From positions 333,498,001 through 333,562,000 of the forward strand of contig OZ024743.1 of the NCBI GenBank assembly GCA_964016885.1: 64,000 nucleotides of DNA. Reading direction: 5' to 3'. Positions 49,701 to 62,700 of this stretch are shown here, in pieces. Every line of letters starts with the position of its first letter. Position 1 is the first letter of the stretch. The position numbers and the translations under genes are program-made. The stretch comes from Eledone cirrhosa. Taxonomy: Eukaryota. The notes beneath the pieces were generated by a model. The model was not told the origin of the DNA. It worked only from the letters and a program-made list of their open reading frames with translations, and ran no database searches.

Positions 49701-52700
49701 GTAGTGCCCCATCATGGCTGCAGTTTGATGACTGAAACCAGTAAAGAGTGTGGTGCCCCAGCATGGCTGCAGTTTAATGACTGAAACCAGTAAAGAGTGT
49801 AGTGCCCCATCATGGCTGCAGTTTGATGACTGAAACCAGTAAAGAGTGTGGTGCCCCATCATGGCTGCAGTTTGATGACTGAAACCAGTAAAGAGTGTGG
49901 TGCCCCAGCATGGCTGCAGTTTAATGACTGAAACCAGTAAAGAGTGTAGTGCCCCATCATGGCTGCAGTTTGATGACTGAAACCAGTAAAGAGTGTAGTG
50001 CCCCATCATGGCTGCAGTTTGATGACTGAAACCAGTAAAGAGTGTAGTGCCCCATCATGGCTGCAGTTTGATGACTGAAACCAGTAAAGAGTGTGGTGCC
50101 CCAGCATGGCTGCAGTTTAATGTCTGAAACCAGTAAAGAGTGTAGTGCCCCATCATGGCTGCAGTTTGATGACTGAAACCAGTAAAGAGTGTGGTGCCCC
50201 ATCATGGCTGCAGTTTGATGACTGAAACCAGTAAAGAGTGTGGTGCCCCAGCATGGCTGCAGTTTAATGACTGAAACCAGTAAAGAGTGTAGTGCCCCAT
50301 CATGGCTGCAGTTTGATGACTGAAACCAGTAAAGAGTGTAGTGCCCCATCATGGCTGCAGTTTAATGACTGAAACCAGTAAAGAGTGTAGTGCCCCATCA
50401 TGGCTGCAGTTTGATGACTGAAACCAGTAAAGAGTGTGGTGCCCCAGCATGGCTGCAGTTTAATGACTGAAACCAGTAAAGAGTGTAGTGCCCCATCATG
50501 GCTGCAGTTTGATGACTGAAACCAGTAAAGAGTGTGGTGCCCCAGCATGGCTGCAGTTTAATGACTGAAACCAGTAAAGAGTGTAGTGCCCCAGCATGGC
50601 TGCAGTTTGATGACTGAAACCAGTAAAGAGTGTGGTGCCCCAGCATGGCTGCAGTTTAATGACTGAAACCAGTAAAGAGTGTAGTGCCCCATCATGGCTG
50701 CAGTTTGATGACTGAAACCAGTAAAGAGTGTGGTGCTCCAGCATGGCTGCAGTTTGATGACTGAAACCAGTAAAGAGTGTGGTGCTCCAGCATGGCTGCA
50801 GTTTGATGACTGAAACCAGTAAAGAGTGTAGTGCCCCATCATGGCTGCAGTTTGATGACTGAAACCAGTAAAGAGTGTAGTGCCCCAGCATGGCTGCAGT
50901 TTGATGACTGAAACCAGTAAAGAGTGTGGTGCTCCAGCATGGCTGCAGTTTGATGACTGAAACCAGTAAAGAGTGTAGTGCCCCATCATGGCTGCAGTTT
51001 GATTACTGAAACCAGTAAAGAGTGTAGTGCTCCATCATGGCTGCAGTTTGATGACTGAAACCAGTAAAGAGTGTAGTGCCCCAGCATGGCTGCAGTTTGA
51101 TGACTGAAACCAGTAAAGAGTGTGGTGCTCCAGCATGGCTGCAGTTTGATGACTGAAACCAGTAAAGAGTGTAGTGCCCCATCATGGCTGCAGTTTGATG
51201 ACTGAAACCAGTAAAGAGTGTAGTGCCCCAGCATGGCTGCAGTTTGATGACTGAAACCAGTAAAGAGTGTAGTGCCCCAGCATGGCTGCAGTTTGATGAC
51301 TGAAACCAGTAAAGAGTGTGGTGCCCCAGCATGGCTGCAGTTTGATGACTGAAACCAGTAAAGAGTGTGGTGCTCCAGCATGGCTGCAGTTTGATGACTG
51401 AAACCAGTAAAGAGTGTAGTGCCCCAGCATGGCTGCAGTTTGATGACTGAAACCAGTAAAGAGTGTGGTGCCCCAGCATGGCTGCAGTTTGATGACTGAA
51501 ACCAGTAAAGAGTGTAGTGCCCCAGCATGGCTGCAGTTTAATGACTGAAACCAGTAAAGAGTGTAGTGCCCCATCATAGCTGCAGTTTGATGACTGAAAC
51601 CAGTAAAGAGTGTAGTGCCCCAGCATGGCTGCAGTTTGATGACTGAAACCAGTAAAGAGTGTAGTGCCCCATCATGGCTGCAGTTTAATGACTGAAACCA
51701 GTAAAGAGTGTAGTGCCCCAGCATGGCTGCAGTTTGATGACTGAAACCAGTAAAGAGTGTAGTGCCCCAGCATGGCTGCAGTTTAATGACTGAAACCAGT
51801 AAAGAGTGTAGTGCCCCATCATGGCTGCAGTTTGATGACTGAAACCAGTAAAGAGTGTGGTGCCCCATCATGGCTGCAGTTTGATGACTGAAACCAGTAA
51901 AGAGTGTGGTGCCCCAGCATGGCTGCAGTTTAATGACTGAAACCAGTAAAGAGTGTAGTGCCCCATCATGGCTGCAGTTTGATGACTGAAACCAGTAAAG
52001 AGTGTGGTGCCCCAGCATGGCTGCAGTTTGATGACTGAAACCAGTAAAGAGTGTAGTGCCCCATGATGGCTGCAGTTTGATGACTGAAACCAGTAAAGAG
52101 TGTAGTGCCCCATGATGGCTGCAGTTTGATGACTGAAACCAGTAAAGAGTGTAGTGCCCCATCATGGCTGCAGTTTGATGACTGAAACCAGTAAAGAGTG
52201 TGGTGCCCCATCATGGCTGCAGTTTGATGACTGAAACCAGTAAAGAGTGTGGTGCCCCAGCATGGCTGCAGTTTAATGACTGAAACCAGTAAAGAGTGTA
52301 GTGCCCCATGATGGCTGCAGTTTGATGACTGAAACCAGTAAAGAGTGTAGTGCCCCATGATGGCTGCAGTTTGATGACTGAAACCAGTAAAGAGTGTAGT
52401 GCCCCATGATGGCTGCAGTTTGATGACTGAAACCAGTAAAGAGTGTAGTGCCCCATGATGGCTGCAGTTTGATGACTGAAACCAGTAAAGAGTGTGGTGC
52501 CCCATCATGGCTGCAGTTTGATGACTGAAACCAGTAAAGAGTGTGGTGCTCCAGCATGGCTGCAGTTTGATGACTGAAACCAGTAAAGAGTGTGGTGCCC
52601 CAGCATGGCTGCGGTTTAATGACTGAAACCAGTAAAGAGTGTAGTGCCCCATCATGGCTGCAGTTTGATGACTGAAACCAGTAAAGAGTGTAGTGCCCCA

Positions 52701-55700
52701 TCATGGCTGCAGTTTGATGACTGAAACCAGTAAAGAGTGTGGTGCCCCAGCATGGCTGCAGTTTAATGACTGAAACCAGTAAAGAGTGTAGTGCCCCATG
52801 ATGGCTGCAGTTTGATGACTGAAACCAGTAAAGAGTGTAGTGCCCCATCATGGCTGCAGTTTGATGACTGAAACCAGTAAAGAGTGTGGTGCCCCATCAT
52901 GGCTGCAGTTTGATGACTGAAACCAGTAAAGAGTGTGGTGCCCCAGCATGGCTGCAGTTTAATGACTGAAACCAGTAAAGAGTGTAGTGCCCCATCATGG
53001 CTGCAGTTTGATGACTGAAACCAGTAAAGAGTGTGGTGCCCCAGCATGGCTGCAGTTTGATGACTGAAACCAGTAAAGAGTGTAGTGCCCCATGATGGCT
53101 GCAGTTTGATGACTGAAACCAGTAAAGAGTGTAGTGCCCCATGATGGCTGCAGTTTGATGACTGAAACCAGTAAAGAGTGTAGTGCCCCAGCATGGCTGC
53201 AGTTTAATGACTGAAACCAGTAAAGAGTGTAGTGCCCCATCATGGCTGCAGTTTGATGACTGAAACCAGTAAAGAGTGTAGTGCCCCATGATGGCTGCAG
53301 TTTGATGACTGAAACCAGTAAAGAGTGTAGTGCCCCAGCATGGCTGCAGTTTGATGACTGAAACCAGTAAAGAGTGTGGTGCCCCAGCATGGCTGCAGTT
53401 TAATGACTGAAACCAGTAAAGAGTGTGGTGCTCCATCATGGCTGCAGTTTGATGACTGAAACCAGTAAAGAGTGTGGTGCCCCAGCATGGCTGCAGTTTA
53501 ATGACTGAAACCAGTAAAGAGTGTAGTGCCCCATCATGGCTGCAGTTTGATGACTGAAACCAGTAAAGAGTGTAGTGCCCCATGATGGCTGCAGTTTGAT
53601 GACTGAAACCAGTAAAGAGTGTAGTGCCCCAGCATGGCTGCAGTTTGATGACTGAAACCAGTAAAGAGTGTGGTGCCCCAGCATGGCTGCAGTTTAATGA
53701 CTGAAACCAGTAAAGAATGTGGTGCTCCATCATGGCTGCAGTTTGATGACTGAAACCAGTAAAGAGTGTGGTGCTCCAGCATGGCTGCAGTTTGATGACT
53801 GAAACCAGTAAAGAGTGTAGTGCCCCATCATGGCTGCAGTTTGATGACTGAAACCATTAAAGAGTGTGGTGCCCCAGCATGGCTGCAGTTTAATGACTGA
53901 AACCAGTAAAGAGTGTAGTGCCCCATCATGGCTGCAGTTTGATGACTGAAACCAGTAAAGAGTGTGGTGCCCCAGCATGGCTGCAGTTTGATGACTGAAA
54001 CCAGTAAAGAGTTTAGTGCCCCATCATGACTGCAGTTTGATGACTGAAACCAGTAAAGAGTGTAGTGCCCCATCATGGCTGCAGTTTGATGACTGAAACC
54101 AGTAAAGAGTGTGGTGCCCCAGCATGGCTGCAGTTTAATGACTGAAACCAGTAAAGAGTGTAGTGCCCCATCATGGCTGCAGTTTAATGACTGAAACCTG
54201 TAAAGAGTGTAGTGCCCCAGCATGGCTGCAGTTTGATGACTGAAACCAGTAAAGAGTTTAGTGCCCCATCATGGCTGCAGTTTGATGACTGAAACCAGTA
54301 AAGAGTGTAGTGCCCCATCATGGCTGCAGTTTGATGACTGAAACCAGTAAAGAGTGTGGTGCCCCAGCATGGCTGCAGTTTAATGACTGAAACCAGTAAA
54401 GAGTGTAGTGCCCCATCATGGCTGCAGTTTGATGACTGAAACCAGTAAAGAGTGTGGTGCCCCAGCATGGCTGCAGTTTGATGACTGAAACCAGTAAAGA
54501 GTGTAGTGCCCCATCATGGCTGCAGTTTGATGACTGAAACCAGTAAAGAGTGTGGTGCTCCAGCATGGCTGCAGTTTGATGACTGAAACCAGTAAAGAGT
54601 GTGGTGCTCCAGCATGGCTGCAGTTTGATGACTGAAACCAGTAAAGAGTGTAGTGCCCCATCATGGCTGCAGTTTGATGACTGAAACCAGTAAAGAGTGT
54701 AGTGCCCCATCATGGCTGCAGTTTGATGACTGAAACCAGTAAAGAGTGTGGTGCTCCAGCATGGCTGCAGTTTGATGACTGAAACCAGTAAAGAGTGTAG
54801 TGTCCCAGCATGGCTGCAGTTTGACGACTGAAACCAGTAAAGAGTGTAGTGCCCCATCATGGCTGTAGTTTGATGACTGAAACCAGTAAAGAGTGTGGGG
54901 CTCCAGCATGGCTGCAGTTTGATGACTGAAACCAGTAAAGAGTGTAGTGTCCCAGCATGGCTGCAGTTTGACGACTGAAACCAGTAAAGAGTGTAGTGCC
55001 CCATCATGGCTGTAGTTTGATGACTGAAACCAGTAAAGAGTGTGGTGCCCCAGCATGGCTGCAGTTTAATGACTGAAACCAGTAAAGAGTGTAGTGCCCC
55101 AGCATGGCTGCAGTTTAATGACTGAAACCAGTAAAGAGTGTAGTGACCCATCATGGCTGCAGTTTGATGACTGAAACCAGTAAAGAGTGTAGTGCCCCAT
55201 CATGGCTGCAGTTTGATGACTGAAACCAGTAAAGAGTGTGGTGCCCCAGCATGGCTGCAGTTTAATGACTGAAACCAGTAAAGAGTGTAGTGCCCCATCA
55301 TGGCTGCAGTTTGATGACTGAAACCAGTAAAGAGTGTGGTGCCCCAGCATGGCTGCAGTTTAATGACTGAAACCAGTAAAGAGTGTAGTGCCCCAGCATG
55401 GCTGCAGTTTGATGACTGAAACCAGTAAAGAGTGTGGTGCCCCAGCATGGCTGCAGTTTAATGACTGAAACCAGTAAAGAGTGTAGTGCCCCATCATGGC
55501 TGCAGTTTGATGACTGAAACCAGTAAAGAGTGTGGTGCTCCAGCATGGCTGCAGTTTGATGACTGAAACCAGTAAAGAGTGTGGTGCTCCAGCATGGCTG
55601 CAGTTTGATGACTGAAACCAGTAAAGAGTGTAGTGCCCCATCATGGCTGCAGTTTGATGACTGAAACCAGTAAAGAGTGTAGTGCCCCAGCATGGCTGCA

Positions 55701-58499
55701 GTTTGATGACTGAAACCAGTAAAGAGTGTGGTGCTCCAGCATGGCTGCAGTTTGATGACTGAAACCAGTAAAGAGTGTAGTGCCCCATCATGGCTGCAGT
55801 TTGATTACTGAAACCAGTAAAGAGTGTAGTGCTCCATCATGGCTGCAGTTTGATGACTGAAACCAGTAAAGAGTGTAGTGCCCCAGCATGGCTGCAGTTT
55901 GATGACTGAAACCAGTAAAGAGTGTGGTGCCCCAGCATGGCTGCAGTTTGATGACTGAAACCAGTAAAGAGTGTGGTGCTCCAGCATGGCTGCAGTTTGA
56001 TGACTGAAACCAGTAAAGAGTGTAGTGCCCCAGCATGGCTGCAGTTTGATGACTGAAACCAGTAAAGAGTGTGGTGCCCCAGCATGGCTGCAGTTTGATG
56101 ACTGAAACCAGTAAAGAGTGTAGTGCCCCAGCATGGCTGCAGTTTAATGACTGAAACCAGTAAAGAGTGTAGTGCCCCATCATAGCTGCAGTTTGATGAC
56201 TGAAACCAGTAAAGAGTGTAGTGCCCCAGCATGGCTGCAGTTTGATGACTGAAACCAGTAAAGAGTGTAGTGCCCCATCATGGCTGCAGTTTAATGACTG
56301 AAACCAGTAAAGAGTGTAGTGCCCCAGCATGGCTGCAGTTTGATGACTGAAACCAGTAAAGAGTGTAGTGCCCCATCATGGCTGCAGTTTAATGACTGAA
56401 ACCAGTAAAGAGTGTAGTGCCCCATCATGGCTGCAGTTTGATGACTGAAACCAGTAAAGAGTGTAGTGCCCCAGCATGGCTGCAGTTTGATGACTGAAAC
56501 CAGTAAAGAGTGTGGTGCCCCAGCATGGCTGCAGTTTAATGACTGAAACCAGTAAAGAGTGTAGTGCCCCATCATGGCTGCAGTTTTATGACTGAAACCA
56601 GTAAAGAGTGTGGTGCCCCAGCATGGCTGCAGTTTGATGACTGAAACCAGTAAAGAGTGTAGTGCCCCATCATGGCTGCAGTTTAATGACTGAAACCAGT
56701 AAAGAGTGTAGTGCCCCAGCATGGCTGCAGTTTGATGACTGAAACCAGTAAAGAGTGTAGTGCCCCATCATGGCTGCAGTTTAATGACTGAAACCAGTAA
56801 AGAGTGTAGTGCCCCATCATGGCTGCAGTTTGATGACTGAAACCAGTAAAGAGTGTAGTGCCCCATCATGGCTGCAGTTTGATGACTGAAACCAGTAAAG
56901 AGTGTGGTGCCCCAGCATGGCTGCAGTTTAATGACTGAAACCAGTAAAGAGTGTAGTGCCCCATCATGGCTGCAGTTTTATGACTGAAACCAGTAAAGAG
57001 TGTGGTGCCCCAGCATGGCTGCAGTTTGATGACTGAAACCAGTAAAGAGTGTAGTGCCCCATCATGGCTGCAGTTTGATGACTGAAACCAGTAAAGAGTG
57101 TAGTGCCCCATGATGGCTGCAGTTTGATGACTGAAACCAGTAAAGAGTGTGGTGCCCCAGCATGGCTGCAGTTTAATGACTGAAACCAGTAAAGAGTGTA
57201 GTGCCCCATCATGGCTGTAGTTTGATGACTGAAACCAGTAAAGAGTGTGGTGCCCCAGCATGGCTGCAGTTTAATGACTGAAACCTGTAAAGAGTGTAGT
57301 GCCCCAGCATGGCTGCAGTTTGATGACTGAAACCAGTAAAGAGTGTGGTGCCCCAGCATGGCTGCAGTTTAATGACTGAAACCAGTAAAGAGTGTAGTGC
57401 CCCATCATGGCTGCAGTTTGATGACTGAAACCAGTAAAGAGTGTGGTGCTCCAGCATGGCTGCAGTTTGATGACTGAAACCAGTAAAGAGTGTAGTGCCC
57501 CATCATGGCTGCAGTTTGATGACTGAAACCAGTAAAGAGTGTGGTGCTCCAGCATGGCTGCAGTTTGATGACTGAAACCAGTAAAGAGTGTAGTGCCCCA
57601 TCATGGCTGCAGTTTGATGACTGAAACCAGTAAAGAGTGTAGTGCCCCATCATGGCTGCAGTTTGATGACTGAAACCAGTAAAGAGTGTGGTGCCCCAGC
57701 ATGGCTGCAGTTTAATGACTGAAACCAGTAAAGAGTGTAGTGCCCCATCATGGCTGCAGTTTGATGACTGAAACCAGTAAAGAGTGTAGTGCCCCATCAT
57801 GGCTGCAGTTTGATGACTGAAACCAGTAAAGAGTGTGGTGCCCCAGCATGGCTGCAGTTTAATGACTGAAACCAGTAAAGAGTGTAGTGCCCCATCATGG
57901 CTGCAGTTTGATGACTGAAACCAGTAAAGAGTGTGGTGCCCCAGCATGGCTGCAGTTTAATGACTGAAACCAGTAAAGAGTGTAGTGCCCCAGCATGGCT
58001 GCAGTTTGATGACTGAAACCAGTAAAGAGTGTGGTGCCCCAGCATGGCTGCAGTTTAATGACTGAAACCAGTAAAGAGTGTAGTGCCCCATCATGGCTGC
58101 AGTTTAATGACTGAAACCAGTAAAGAATGTGGTGCTCCAGCATGGCTGCAGTTTGATGACTGAAACCAGTAAAGAGTGTGGTGCTCCAGCATGGCTGCAG
58201 TTTGATGACTGAAACCAGTAAAGAGTGTAGTGCCCCAGCATGGCTGCAGTTTGATGACTGAAACCAGTAAAGAGTGTAGTGCCCCAGCATGGCTGCAGTT
58301 TGATGACTGAAACCAGTAAAGAGTGTGGTGCTCCAGCATGGCTGCAGTTTGATGACTGAAACCAGTAAAGAGTGTAGTGCCCCATCATGGCTGCAGTTTG
58401 ATTACTGAAACCAGTAAAGAGTGTAGTGCTCCATCATGGCTGCAGTTTGATGACTGAAACCAGTAAAGAGTGTAGTGCCCCAGCATGGCTGCAGTTTGA

Positions 58500-61400
58500 T
58501 GACTGAAACCAGTAAAGAGTGTGGTGCTCCAGCATGGCTGCAGTTTGATGACTGAAACCAGTAAAGAGTGTAGTGCCCCATCATGGCTGCAGTTTGATGA
58601 CTGAAACCAGTAAAGAGTGTAGTGCCCCAGCATGGCTGCAGTTTGATGACTGAAACCAGTAAAGAGTGTAGTGCCCCAGCATGGCTGCAGTTTGATGACT
58701 GAAACCAGTAAAGAGTGTGGTGCCCCAGCATGGCTGCAGTTTGATGACTGAAACCAGTAAAGAGTGTGGTGCTCCAGCATGGCTGCAGTTTGATGACTGA
58801 AAACAGTAAAGAGTGTAGTGCCCCAGCATGGCTGCAGTTTGATGACTGAAACCAGTAAAGAGTGTGGTGCCCGAGCATGGCTGCAGTTTGATGACTGAAA
58901 CCAGTAAAGAGTGTAGTGCCCCAGCATGGCTGCAGTTTAATGACTGAAACCAGTAAAGAGTGTAGTGCCCCATCATAGCTGCAGTTTGATGACTGAAACC
59001 AGTAAAGAGTGTAGTGCCCCAGCATGGCTGCAGTTTGATGACTGAAACCAGTAAAGAGTGTAGTGCCCCATCATGGCTGCAGTTTAATGACTGAAACCAG
59101 TAAAGAGTGTAGTGCCCCAGCATGGCTGCAGTTTGATGACTGAAACCAGTAAAGAGTGTAGTGCCCCAGCATGGCTTCAGTTTAATGACTGAAACCAGTA
59201 AAGAGTGTAGTGCCCCATCATGGCTGCAGTTTGATGACTGAAACCAGTAAAGAGTGTGGTGCCCCAGCATGGCTGCAGTTTGATGACTGAAACCAGTAAA
59301 GAGTGTGGTGCTCCAGCATGGCTGCAGTTTGATGACTGAAACCAGTAAAGAGTGTAGTGCCCCAGCATGGCTGCAGTTTGATGACTGAAACCAGTAAAGA
59401 GTGTGGTGCCCCAGCATGGCTGCAGTTTGATGACTGAAACCAGTAAAGAGTGTAGTGCCCCAGCATGGCTGCAGTTTAATGACTGAAACCAGTAAAGAGT
59501 GTAGTGCCCCATCATAGCTGCAGTTTGATGACTGAAACCAGTAAAGAGTGTAGTGCCCCAGCATGGCTGCAGTTTGATGACTGAAACCAGTAAAGAGTGT
59601 AGTGCCCCATCATGGCTGCAGTTTAATGACTGAAACCAGTAAAGAGTGTAGTGCCCCAGCATGGCTGCAGTTTGATGACTGAAACCAGTAAAGAGTGTAG
59701 TGCCCCAGCATGGCTGCAGTTTAATGACTGAAACCAGTAAAGAGTGTAGTGCCCCATCATGGCTGCAGTTTGATGACTGAAACCAGTAAAGAGTGTAGTG
59801 CCCCATCATGGCTGCAGTTTGATGACTGAAACCAGTAAAGAGTGTGGTGCCCCAGCATGGCTGCAGTTTAATGACTGAAACCAGTAAAGAGTGTAGTGCC
59901 CCATCATGGCTGCAGTTTTATGACTGAAACCAGTAAAGAGTGTGGTGCCCCAGCATGGCTGCAGTTTGATGACTGAAACCAGTAAAGAGTGTAGTGCCCC
60001 ATCATGGCTGCAGTTTGATGACTGAAACCAGTAAAGAGTGTAGTGCCCCATGATGGCTGCAGTTTGATGACTGAAACCAGTAAAGAGTGTGGTGCCCCAG
60101 CATGGCTGCAGTTTAATGACTGAAACCAGTAAAGAGTGTAGTGCCCCATCATGGCTGCAGTTTGATGACTGAAACCAGTAAAGAGTGTGGTGCCCCAGCA
60201 TGGCTGCAGTTTAATGACTGAAACCTGTAAAGAGTGTAGTGCCCCAGCATGGCTGCAGTTTGATGACTGAAACCAGTAAAGAGTGTGGTGCCCCAGCATG
60301 GCTGCAGTTTAATGACTGAAACCAGTAAAGAGTGTAGTGCCCCATCATGGCTGCAGTTTGATGACTGAAACCAGTAAAGAGTGTGGTGCTCCAGCATGGC
60401 TGCAGTTTGATGACTGAAACCAGTAAAGAGTGTAGTGCCCCATCATGGCTGCAGTTTGATGACTGAAACCAGTAAAGAGTGTGGTGCTCCAGCATGGCTG
60501 CAGTTTGATGACTGAAACCAGTAAAGAGTGTAGTGCCCCAGCATGGCTGCAGTTTGATGACTGAAACCAGTAAAGAGTGTGGTGCTCCAGCATGGCTGCA
60601 GTTTGATGACTGAAACCAGTAAAGAGTGTAGTGCCCCAGCATGGCTGCAGTTTGATGACTGAAACCAGTAAAGAGTGTAGTGCCCCAGCATGGCTGCAGT
60701 TTGATGACTGAAACCAGTAAAGAGTGTGGTGCCCCAGCATGGCTGCAGTTTGATGACTGAAACCAGTAAAGAGTGTGGTGCTCCAGCATGGCTGCAGTTT
60801 GATGACTGAAAACAGTAAAGAGTGTAGTGCCCCAGCATGGCTGCAGTTTGATGACTGAAACCAGTAAAGAGTGTGGTGCCCCAGCATGGCTGCAGTTTGA
60901 TGACTGAAACCAGTAAAGAGTGTAGTGCCCCAGCATGGCTGCAGTTTAATGACTGAAACCAGTAAAGAGTGTAGTGCCCCATCATAGCTGCAGTTTGATG
61001 ACTGAAACCAGTAAAGAGTGTAGTGCCCCAGCATGGCTGCAGTTTGATGACTGAAACCAGTAAAGAGTGTAGTGCCCCATCATGGCTGCAGTTTAATGAC
61101 TGAAACCAGTAAAGAGTGTAGTGCCCCAGCATGGCTGCAGTTTGATGACTGAAACCAGTAAAGAGTGTTGTGCCCCAGCATGGCTTCAGTTTAATGACTG
61201 AAACCAGTAAAGAGTGTAGTGCCCCAGCATGGCTGCAGTTTGATGACTGAAACCAGTAAAGAGTGTGGTGCCCCAGCATGGCTGCAGTTTGATGACTGAA
61301 ACCAGTAAAGAGTGTGGTGCTCCAGCATGGCTGCAGTTTGATGACTGAAACCAGTAAAGAGTGTAGTGCCCCAGCATGGCTGCAGTTTGATGACTGAAAC

Positions 61401-62700
61401 CAGTAAAGAGTGTGGTGCCCCAGCATGGCTGCAGTTTGATGACTGAAACCAGTAAAGAGTGTAGTGCCCCAGCATGGCTGCAGTTTAATGACTGAAACCA
61501 GTAAAGAGTGTAGTGCCCCATCATAGCTGCAGTTTGATGACTGAAACCAGTAAAGAGTGTAGTGCCCCAGCATGGCTGCAGTTTGATGACTGAAACCAGT
61601 AAAGAGTGTAGTGCCCCATCATGGCTGCAGTTTAATGACTGAAACCAGTAAAGAGTGTAGTGCCCCAGCATGGCTGCAGTTTGATGACTGAAACCAGTAA
61701 AGAGTGTAGTGCCCCAGCATGGCTGCAGTTTAATGACTGAAACCAGTAAAGAGTGTAGTGCCCCATCATGGCTGCAGTTTGATGACTGAAACCAGTAAAG
61801 AGTGTAGTGCCCCATCATGGCTGCAGTTTGATGACTGAAACCAGTAAAGAGTGTGGTGCCCCAGCATGGCTGCAGTTTAATGACTGAAACCAGTAAAGAG
61901 TGTAGTGCCCCATCATGGCTGCAGTTTTATGACTGAAACCAGTAAAGAGTGTGGTGCCCCAGCATGGCTGCAGTTTGATGACTGAAACCAGTAAAGAGTG
62001 TAGTGCCCCATCATGGCTGCAGTTTGATGACTGAAACCAGTAAAGAGTGTAGTGCCCCATGATGGCTGCAGTTTGATGACTGAAACCAGTAAAGAGTGTG
62101 GTGCCCCAGCATGGCTGCAGTTTAATGACTGAAACCAGTAAAGAGTGTAGTGCCCCATCATGGCTGCAGTTTGATGACTGAAACCAGTAAAGAGTGTGGT
62201 GCCCCAGCATGGCTGCAGTTTAATGACTGAAACCTGTAAAGAGTGTAGTGCCCCAGCATGGCTGCAGTTTGATGACTGAAACCAGTAAAGAGTGTGGTGC
62301 CCCAGCATGGCTGCAGTTTAATGACTGAAACCAGTAAAGAGTGTAGTGCCCCATCATGGCTGCAGTTTGATGACTGAAACCAGTAAAGAGTGTGGTGCTC
62401 CAGCATGGCTGCAGTTTGATGACTGAAACCAGTAAAGAGTGTAGTGCCCCATCATGGCTGCAGTTTGATGACTGAAACCAGTAAAGAGTGTGGTGCTCCA
62501 GCATGGCTGCAGTTTGATGACTGAAACCAGTAAAGAGTGTAGTGCCCCAGCATGGCTGCAGTTTGATGACTGAAACCAGTAAAGAGTGTGGTGCTCCAGC
62601 ATGGCTGCAGTTTGATGACTGAAACCAGTAAAGAGTGTAGTGCCCCAGCATGGCTGCAGTTTGATGACTGAAACCAGTAAAGAGTGTAGTGCCCCAGCAT
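58500..62700. repeat. Tandem 41-monomer (2009 bp) higher-order duplication
   Basis: Rare variants GAAAACAG at 58803/60812 and GGCTTCAG at 59177/61186. ORF pairs 59806/61815, 59904/61913 and 60149/62158. Confidence 0.85.
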
